The notes beneath the pieces were generated by a model. It did no database searches and was not told the origin of the DNA. It saw only the letters and a list, made by a program, of their open reading frames with translations. DNA of 64,000 bases, taken from Bacteroidales bacterium. Lineage in GTDB: Bacteria; Bacteroidota; Bacteroidia; Bacteroidales; JAFGXI01. The position numbers and the translations under genes were made by a program. Below, piece after piece: positions 57,458-64,000 of the stretch (position 1 is the first letter of the stretch; the number at the start of each line of letters is the position of its first letter). The stretch is from NCBI GenBank assembly GCA_016936665.1, contig JAFGXI010000009.1, positions 86,648 to 150,647 on the forward strand, read 5' to 3'.

Positions 57458-57583
57458 CTGCTATAAATATTTTGACAATTTTTGAAATGTATTTTTACTT
57501 TGAAATAATTAGCAATATTACATCAATTCTTTTGAATTTATCGCTCGGAGGTTGTTTTTTAAGACGCTAAAAACGACGAGTAT

Positions 57584-58276
57584 TTACTCGTTCATATACT
57601 TGTAACCCACCCCTTTAACCGTTTGAATTTTCTCGTTACCTATCGCCTCTCTGAGTTTTCTGATATGAACATCGATAGTACGATCGCCAACAATGACATC
57701 GGAACCCCAAATATGCATATAAATCTGATCGCGACTAAATACTTTTCCTGGTGTGGATGCCAACATATATAAAATTTCAAATTCTTTTTTCGGTAGTTTT
57801 AGTTCCTGTTTATTCAAGAACACCAAATAGCTCGATCGGTCTATTTCCAAATTGCCAAGCACAAGCGTACCATCTTCGCTAATATTCGTATTTGAACTCG
57901 AAAACCGCTTTAGCAACGCTTTTACACGACTCATTAATAATTTGGGTTTTATAGGCTTGGTAATATAATCGTCGGCACCGGCGTCGAAACCGGCAATTTG
58001 TGAATAATCTTCGCCTCGGGCGGTTAGAAAAGCAATAACTGTTTGGTCGAGTTTTGGATTGTTTCTCATTCGCTCGCATAATTCTATGCCATCCATTTCC
58101 GGCATCATAACATCGAGAATTATTAAATGTGGTGTAAATGCTTCTACCTTCTTTAACGCTTCCTGCCCATTTATAGCCGAATGTACATTATACCCTTCCT
58201 TTTCGAGATTATACACCATGAACTCAACAATGTCGTTGTCGTCGTCCACTACTAAAATGCCAAAAGGATTTTCCAT
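57584..58276 (-). CDS. OmpR/PhoB-family response regulator
   Basis: Receiver domain (DDDNDI..., LIILDVMMPEMDG, K at ITKP) plus a winged helix (TIDVHIRKLR...VKGVGYKY). No histidine kinase gene is adjacent. Confidence 0.9.
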   Translation of the reverse strand: MENPFGILVVDDDNDIVEFMVYNLEKEGYNVHSAINGQEALKKVEAFTPHLIILDVMMPEMDGIELCERMRNNPKLDQTVIAFLTARGEDYSQIAGFDAGADDYITKPIKPKLLMSRVKALLKRFSSSNTNISEDGTLVLGNLEIDRSSYLVFLNKQELKLPKKEFEILYMLASTPGKVFSRDQIYMHIWGSDVIVGDRTIDVHIRKLREAIGNEKIQTVKGVGYKYMNE

Positions 58277-58294
58277 AGCACCAAACTTTGAAAG

Positions 58295-59965
58295 TTAATT
58301 TTCAGAATGTAAAATAACAAACTTCTGAGTGACTATCAAACCCTCTTTAATCACTTTTAAAACATATATTCCACTTGGTAAGCTATGAACATCTATGTTT
58401 TTTATATCGGGGCTGTCTGAGCTATGCTGCTCTAGCATTTTCGTTCCATTAATACTGTAAACTATAATATCTGCATTGGATAATGTTGAAAGATCTACGT
58501 CTCCGATTTTTAAATATTTATCGGCAGGAACCGGATATAAGGTAAATTGGTCAAAAGATATTTTTGCTCCACATTCTAAAACTTCGTTTCCCGAAATTCC
58601 AGGCCAAGATTCTACATCGAGCTGTAGCGGATCTAACCATGGTTTTAGACATTGAACAGGATTGCTTCCATTATCGTCCCAATGTTTAGAAAATTTCCCG
58701 TAAAAATCGGGACTAGATTCATTCATTCCATCGCAGTACGACGAACCGGTGGCAAGCGTTCCTATTATCTGGCCGAAGTTATTGAATAATGGAGAGCCGG
58801 ACGAACCACCCTCAGTAATCCCATAACCATTTTCTGTTTCAGTCCAAAAGGTTTGCCAATACAAGTCGTTGGTAAAACCTCCCATTGCATCGGTTGAAAG
58901 TAAAGGTTTAGTGTATGTCGATATCTTTTTTATATCGCCATAAGGGTGATGAATGCACACGCCTTCTGTTTCGATTTTATCTTTTTCTTCTGCATTCCAT
59001 CCTGCGTAAAATATGTTCCAAACACTAGGTATAGAATCGTTGAGTTGTAATAATCGGAAGTCGGAACCGCTAGCCCCTGAGCGTTCGGCATAGGCTAAGT
59101 TCTCACATCCTGTTAAACTTAAATAGTCGATATTCGATTCTGAACTGGGAGAATTGCAATCCTCCGATTGATATAAAAAATCGAACTTCCAGTACGAAAA
59201 ATCGCTTACGCTTGAATTTTCGCCACAATGAGCTGCGGTAAGCACATATGGTGTATGGTCATTCGCAGTATTATTAACTACAGCGCCAGAACAATAAAAA
59301 TACCTTGTGCCACTTTGTATTAATATCCTAACCACAGATTGCGCTTCGTTGCACCAGCCTTCGCCCTCGCTACAGGCGAAATTTACTTCGCAATCGGTCG
59401 ATTGACCAAATCCTGGCCCACTTCTGTTTTCCGTTTGAAAATAATTTAATAGCCCAGATATGCTAAGTTCCAAATCGCCATTGCAGGTTGCATCGCAATT
59501 AAGCTCAATAATCAGCTTAGATCCAACAACTTGCTGAGATATGAATTGCGATTTAATAAAACCGGTTTGCTTGCCATCGAAAAGCCAAAAATTGTTTTGT
59601 TCGTTCGGTGCATATAAAAAAAGCTTAGCACCCGCCGGCAATACCATTTTCTCGATTTTAAGCGCTAAGGCCTCGGCTTGCCCTGCATCGAATTCGAAAC
59701 ACTGAAGACGATTTCCGTTTGTTTTTATAGAATCTTTCCAATGCCAGACTTCGTTCTCGAATTTTTGCAATACTGCAACATCTAAATTTTCTCGGCTGTT
59801 GATGGATTCTGATTGTTCTTTTATCGTTTTAAGTTGATAGCTAGTTGTATAATCCGATTTTGTTTGGAGCATATAAAACGAAAAAGGTGCATCGTGAGTG
59901 AGCACCTGAGCTACAAGCCCGTATAGACTGAGCCAAAACATTGTAAACAATGCACCTTTTTTCAC
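58295..59965 (-). CDS. Secreted S1-family (trypsin-like) serine endopeptidase with a T9SS type-A sorting domain
   Basis: His motif LTAAHC and Ser motif GGSSGSPLF. The C-terminus YPVPADKYLKI...IIVYSINGTKM...GIYVLKVIKEGLIVTQKFVI is a sorting domain. Confidence 0.8.
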   Translation of the reverse strand: MKKGALFTMFWLSLYGLVAQVLTHDAPFSFYMLQTKSDYTTSYQLKTIKEQSESINSRENLDVAVLQKFENEVWHWKDSIKTNGNRLQCFEFDAGQAEALALKIEKMVLPAGAKLFLYAPNEQNNFWLFDGKQTGFIKSQFISQQVVGSKLIIELNCDATCNGDLELSISGLLNYFQTENRSGPGFGQSTDCEVNFACSEGEGWCNEAQSVVRILIQSGTRYFYCSGAVVNNTANDHTPYVLTAAHCGENSSVSDFSYWKFDFLYQSEDCNSPSSESNIDYLSLTGCENLAYAERSGASGSDFRLLQLNDSIPSVWNIFYAGWNAEEKDKIETEGVCIHHPYGDIKKISTYTKPLLSTDAMGGFTNDLYWQTFWTETENGYGITEGGSSGSPLFNNFGQIIGTLATGSSYCDGMNESSPDFYGKFSKHWDDNGSNPVQCLKPWLDPLQLDVESWPGISGNEVLECGAKISFDQFTLYPVPADKYLKIGDVDLSTLSNADIIVYSINGTKMLEQHSSDSPDIKNIDVHSLPSGIYVLKVIKEGLIVTQKFVILHSEN

Positions 59966-59981
59966 TTATGCTATATCAAAA

Positions 59982-60533
59982 TTATGCATCAATACTAACA
60001 TGCGCCCAGTTTTCGCCTTTTCTAATTCGGTTTAACTGTGTTTGAGTAATACCAAATTTTCTGGCTAAACGAGCATAAACTACATCTTCGGCCAATAATG
60101 CTTTTTTAATTTCCTTCACGTTATCTGTGGTTAATTTAGAATTATAAACCATGCCACGTTTGTAATTCGGATTGGCTTTTTGATGCTCCATTAATGTATC
60201 GCGTGTTACCCATTCTAAATTATCCGAAGCGTTATGGTGCTTCACATAATCTTTATGAATGACGTGTTTATGGCGTTTAGTAGGTTGTTTAACGAAGGTT
60301 TCTGCAACTAAACGATGCATCGACTTGGTAATTTGCTTGCCTTTATCTATGGCTCTAAAAGAAAAAATTCGGTAGCCCTTGCAGTTCGAACCGGTAATAT
60401 ATTGCCAGTCTCCTGTTCTTTTATGAGTTCTTCTGATTCTTCCTTGATCAGAAATCTCAAATTTTTGTTCTTTGGTTAAACCATCAAAATAAAGTGGTTT
60501 CCACACCTCTTTGTCATTCTTCATTTTGTACAT
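59982..60533 (-). CDS. NUMOD4/HNH-type endonuclease-like protein with a C-terminal HTH
   Basis: WKPLYFDG...YEISDQGRIRR (NUMOD4-like), GYRIFSF...HRLVAETFV...HKDYVKHHNASDNLEWVT (HNH_3-like), and a C-terminal FGITQTQLNRIRKGENWAHV. Confidence 0.65.
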   Translation of the reverse strand: MYKMKNDKEVWKPLYFDGLTKEQKFEISDQGRIRRTHKRTGDWQYITGSNCKGYRIFSFRAIDKGKQITKSMHRLVAETFVKQPTKRHKHVIHKDYVKHHNASDNLEWVTRDTLMEHQKANPNYKRGMVYNSKLTTDNVKEIKKALLAEDVVYARLARKFGITQTQLNRIRKGENWAHVSIDA

Positions 60534-60653
60534 TTTTTAGATTGATTCCTACACCAAAGTAATAAATTAATTTTTTAAAATGCAATGAAAAAAATTTTTA
60601 TCCGTTAATGTACGATTAAAAACAAAAAAAATTCTATCTGAATTGGTTGTCGC

Positions 60654-61166
60654 TTATAAAGTTGAATATTGGTACTGCCATTCAGGATCTTGAATATCTT
60701 TAATCAGGTCAAAGCATTTTTGTCCGTAAATAAAATCTGAAATACTCTTATTGAAACCATATTTTTTAAGAAACTCCAGTTGCCCTCTCGATGGTTTCAT
60801 GAGCCATGCCGCCCACCCTTCAGTGTCTTCGCGACGTTCGTAAGGATACTCTGCATACTTCAGTTTCCACAACATTTCTACATTGCGAGCATCGACTTGT
60901 AAAGTTTTCCAGTAATTGATTTTTTCGGGATTGGCTTTGGATTCTTCCTCTCCCGCAGCTTGTAAAAAGAAACTTATTTTGGTAATATAAGTAATAGTTT
61001 TGCTTCCATCGGGTGCAATTTTTATTATACCAAAGCGAAGTAGATCGCCACTACCACTATCGAAAAGACGTAACCCTAAGTAATACTCCGATTCTTTTTG
61101 TTGCGCAACCATCAACAAAGAAAAACCTAAAAAAAGTCCTAGCAGAGCTCTTTTAATTAGAATCAT
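60654..61166 (-). CDS. Hypothetical secreted protein
   Basis: 170 aa with a signal peptide. Confidence 0.45.
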   Translation of the reverse strand: MILIKRALLGLFLGFSLLMVAQQKESEYYLGLRLFDSGSGDLLRFGIIKIAPDGSKTITYITKISFFLQAAGEEESKANPEKINYWKTLQVDARNVEMLWKLKYAEYPYERREDTEGWAAWLMKPSRGQLEFLKKYGFNKSISDFIYGQKCFDLIKDIQDPEWQYQYSTL

Positions 61167-61291
61167 GCGATAAGTATGATTATTTTGATAGCTAAAATTA
61201 CAAAAAATGAACTTTGAAACAACAAGGTTGTCGTAAAATGCTTAGTCGAAAAATAAAATAATGGCCTACAAATTTGTATTTTTGTACGATC

Positions 61292-61948
61292 ATGACTTTT
61301 GATCAGATACAACAACATATTGAAACCTACCGAGCCGAGGGGAAAAAGCTATTTGTAACTTCTTCTTTTCAAACGCATAGTATTGTTTTATTGCACATCG
61401 TTAGCAGGATCGATAATCGCATTCCGATTTTCTTTATCAACACCGGTTTTTTATTTCCTGAAACAGTCATTTTTAAAGACCAAATTGCTAAAGCTTTTAA
61501 TTTAAATATAATAGATGCAAAGTCGTCGGTGCCTAAGAGCCAGCAAAAAGATAATTTTGGACAACTTTTGTTTGCTTCTGACCCCGATTATTGTTGTTAT
61601 TTGAATAAAATCCAACCATTAGACCCAATTTTAGCTGAGTACGATGTTTGGATAAATGGCGTTCGGGCAGATCAAACAGAAGTTCGGAAAGCGATGAACA
61701 TTGAAGAACTATCAAAATTTGGCACTGTTCGATTTCATCCTATGCTCGATTGGACTAAGCAAGATATTTATGCTTACATTCGCGAACACAAGTTACCTAA
61801 ACATCCGTTAGACGAAAAAGGATATTTGAGTATTGGATGCGAACCATGCACTCGTAAAATGGTTTTAGGCGACGAAAGAGCCTCACGATGGTTTGGGTTA
61901 AACAAAACAGAATGTGGTCTGAACACAGAACTTGTCCAAAAAAAATAA
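61292..61948 (+). CDS. cysH: Phosphoadenosine phosphosulfate (PAPS/APS) reductase
   Basis: SSFQTHSIVLLH, the GCEPCTR motif and a C-terminal KTECGLN. I moved the start to the ATG at 61292. A TATTTTTG box immediately upstream implies a very short leader. Confidence 0.85.
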   Translation: MTFDQIQQHIETYRAEGKKLFVTSSFQTHSIVLLHIVSRIDNRIPIFFINTGFLFPETVIFKDQIAKAFNLNIIDAKSSVPKSQQKDNFGQLLFASDPDYCCYLNKIQPLDPILAEYDVWINGVRADQTEVRKAMNIEELSKFGTVRFHPMLDWTKQDIYAYIREHKLPKHPLDEKGYLSIGCEPCTRKMVLGDERASRWFGLNKTECGLNTELVQKK

Positions 61949-61968
61949 GCACCGAAAACAATATTTGT

Positions 61969-62889
61969 ATGAACGTATTAATTACCGGAGGCGCCGGATA
62001 TATTGGAACTGAATTGGTTAAAGCCCTCAATAAAAATCCAAAAATCGACGAAATTGTGATTTACGATAACTTGTGGAAAGATCAATACAATTTATTCATA
62101 CATTCCGGTATTAAGAAAGGAAAAGTTAGGTTTGTACGTGCCGAGATTCTAGATTCCCGACAGCTTGCCTCTGCTTTAAAAGGCATTGATATCGTGTATC
62201 ATTTAGCGGCTCATGTCGATTCTAAACTGGTAAATGCCAACCATCATCTATACGAACAAATCAACAATTGGGGAAACGCCGAGCTTTCTTATGCAATAGA
62301 CGATAGTCGGGTAAAAACAGTGATTAACGCCAGCAGTATAGCCGTTTATGGCAGTGAGCCCGAAAGAATAAACGAGATTAATAACCCACATCCAAAAACA
62401 TTTTATGGTACATCGAAGTTAAGAGGCGAAGCCCATTTAATGCGTTTGCAAGACAACCGAAAGGTGTTAAACCTTAGAATTGGCAACGTGTATGGATATG
62501 GTACTTCGCTTCGAGTAGATTCATTTATTAATCAGTTTGCCTTCTCTGCTGCCTTCGAGAATCGCATTAAAATAATGGGTAGTGGCGATCAGAAAAGAGG
62601 AATTATACATATCGATAGTTTGATTGATATTTTATCAGAAATTCCTTTCTCAAATATTGAAACAGGGACATACAATGTGCTCGAACAAAGCCTAAGTGTT
62701 TCGGATGTAGCCGACGAGTTTAAGAAATTAATTCCAGAAATGGAAATGTTGTTCATTAATCAACATTTAGATTTACGAAACATCGATGTAGCTCCAAATG
62801 CTTCGGTTAATCGATTAATAAAAAAAGACCGAAGCCAGCTAGGATTACAACTTAACGAGTTTATAGAACACTTATTTTCTTCCAAATAA
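61969..62889 (+). CDS. NAD-dependent epimerase/dehydratase (extended SDR)
   Basis: MNVLITGGAGYIGTEL and a catalytic YGTSK. I trimmed the track ORF (61888) to the ATG at 61969 so it no longer overlaps cysH. Confidence 0.8.
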   Translation: MNVLITGGAGYIGTELVKALNKNPKIDEIVIYDNLWKDQYNLFIHSGIKKGKVRFVRAEILDSRQLASALKGIDIVYHLAAHVDSKLVNANHHLYEQINNWGNAELSYAIDDSRVKTVINASSIAVYGSEPERINEINNPHPKTFYGTSKLRGEAHLMRLQDNRKVLNLRIGNVYGYGTSLRVDSFINQFAFSAAFENRIKIMGSGDQKRGIIHIDSLIDILSEIPFSNIETGTYNVLEQSLSVSDVADEFKKLIPEMEMLFINQHLDLRNIDVAPNASVNRLIKKDRSQLGLQLNEFIEHLFSSK

Positions 62890-62893
62890 AGGC

Positions 62894-64000
62894 ATGAATC
62901 CAACTGTCGGCGACTGGCTGTTAAGCTATTACAAGCATTTTAACAACGAGGTAGACAACACATCTTTTGTACTTGACGAGAATAATCTGTATCAAGAATT
63001 AATAAAAAGCCCCTTAGTTTTTGGTGTTGCCTACATCGAACAAAATTATGTTCATCCCGATTTTGACAAGTGGAATTTTAGGTCGCAGTTTAAAATAGTA
63101 TTCAGTTATTGGTTGTTTAAAATCGCATCGTATCAAATACGAATCTCGAACAACCAACAATCACCGATTGACTATTGTTTAGAAAATTTACAGCTCAAAA
63201 ACATTTCCGATTTAGAAACATGGATTGAGCAGATTTGCAAAGTACCCAACAAGCGGTTTATTACTCATGCCAACGATACTCATGTGTGGGCTTTTTTGTG
63301 GTTGCTAGATTGGTATTATCGACCTGTACAAAAATTAGATAAAACTGAGATCCAGAATAAAATTATTCAAAGTATGATTTTAGCGGCACTATCTAATAAC
63401 GATGTGAGTACTGTCGAACATAAACTGATAGAACGCTATATTGAGCATTCGTCTATCGAAAAAGATCGGCAACAAGTTTTGAATAAATATCTTACTGAAA
63501 AAATAATTTTCGATAAACCCAATTACCAAAATGAACCATATATTATTCGAAAGATAGCATACGATTTATCGCTTTTAGCTTTAATGACCGACTACGAAAT
63601 TGAAGAAAGTGAGCTAACATACATCAATCAGTTAGCCGATCAGTTAAACATCGACTTAAAAGCACAATATGCAACCTTTTCAATAATTCAGCATCTGCAT
63701 TTAAACTGCTCGCATCAGTTACCATACATGCAAAAAACCTATTCGCTTAATGCAATTAAGCACACGGTGAGTTATAATTTTAAGTACATTGTTAAGAAGA
63801 ACGCTTCTATGATCGTCAACGAAATAAAAGAGAGCAAAGAATTGTTGAGTTTGCTGAGAAAATCGGTCGATGAAAATTTAAGCGAAGAGGAACGTAAGAA
63901 ATTAAAAGCACAAGCGGTCGATTTACTGAAAACGATTCCTTCTTTAGCTATTTTTATGATTCCGGGTGGTTCGATATTATTACCTATTATATTGAAAATT
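62894..64000 (+). CDS. LETM1-like domain protein (partial; continues past the right edge)
   Basis: My own translation from the ATG at 62894 (MNPTVGDWLLSYYKHF...) stays open for 369 codons to the window end. The C-terminal part SKELLSLLRKS...LSEEERKKLKAQAVDLLKTIPSLAIFMIPGGSILLPIILKI matches the LETM1-like motif seen in Flavobacteria. Confidence 0.55.
   Translation, partial: MNPTVGDWLLSYYKHFNNEVDNTSFVLDENNLYQELIKSPLVFGVAYIEQNYVHPDFDKWNFRSQFKIVFSYWLFKIASYQIRISNNQQSPIDYCLENLQLKNISDLETWIEQICKVPNKRFITHANDTHVWAFLWLLDWYYRPVQKLDKTEIQNKIIQSMILAALSNNDVSTVEHKLIERYIEHSSIEKDRQQVLNKYLTEKIIFDKPNYQNEPYIIRKIAYDLSLLALMTDYEIEESELTYINQLADQLNIDLKAQYATFSIIQHLHLNCSHQLPYMQKTYSLNAIKHTVSYNFKYIVKKNASMIVNEIKESKELLSLLRKSVDENLSEEERKKLKAQAVDLLKTIPSLAIFMIPGGSILLPIILKI

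Overview
The window looks like a chromosomal segment from a low-GC Bacteroidota genome, probably a Flavobacteriia-like organism. The taxon call rests on five cargo proteins with type IX secretion (T9SS) C-terminal sorting domains, a PorP/SprF gene, a type III glutamine synthetase, a GT3/GH57 glycogen locus, and TAnnTTTG -7 promoter boxes upstream of many genes. Coding density is high and most genes are housekeeping:
- secG, an lptE-like gene and a sigma-54 activator
- tsaB and scoAB
- methionine gamma-lyase and a fused LeuCD-like aconitase-family protein
- mazG, glnN and trxA
- mutS2, tRNA-Leu(GAG) and a UvrD-like helicase
- a serA-like dehydrogenase, cysH and an SDR epimerase
I saw no CRISPR array, rRNA, transposase or integrase.

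The main finding is an accessory locus at about 24.4-33.3 kb. A 55-codon ORF at 31449..31616 (-), too short for the supplied ORF track, translates to a lasso-peptide-like precursor. It has a WxxPxL...T-x leader motif and a 14-aa core, SGDVNNTTEDYSGS. It lies 88 bp from a divergently transcribed asparagine-synthetase-like, lasso-cyclase-type gene. On its own strand it heads a tightly packed gene string: a 1424-aa T9SS type-B adhesin, PorP/SprF, an HPr-kinase-like P-loop kinase and a sulfotransferase. No leader peptidase (B2), PqqD-like recognition element (B1/RRE) or ABC exporter is visible in the window.

Secondary observations:
- An orphan promoter, structured region and terminator (candidate sRNA or leader) upstream of methionine gamma-lyase.
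- A 1404-aa glycogen synthase (GT3) fused to an alpha-glucan phosphorylase (GT35).
- A cNMP-binding domain fused to aspartate ammonia-lyase.
- A CUB domain in a BNR-repeat T9SS protein.
- Two modules that each pair a small secreted protein with a giant T9SS cargo.
- A free-standing NUMOD4/HNH endonuclease gene.

All calls come from reading and translating the sequence by eye. No database search was run.
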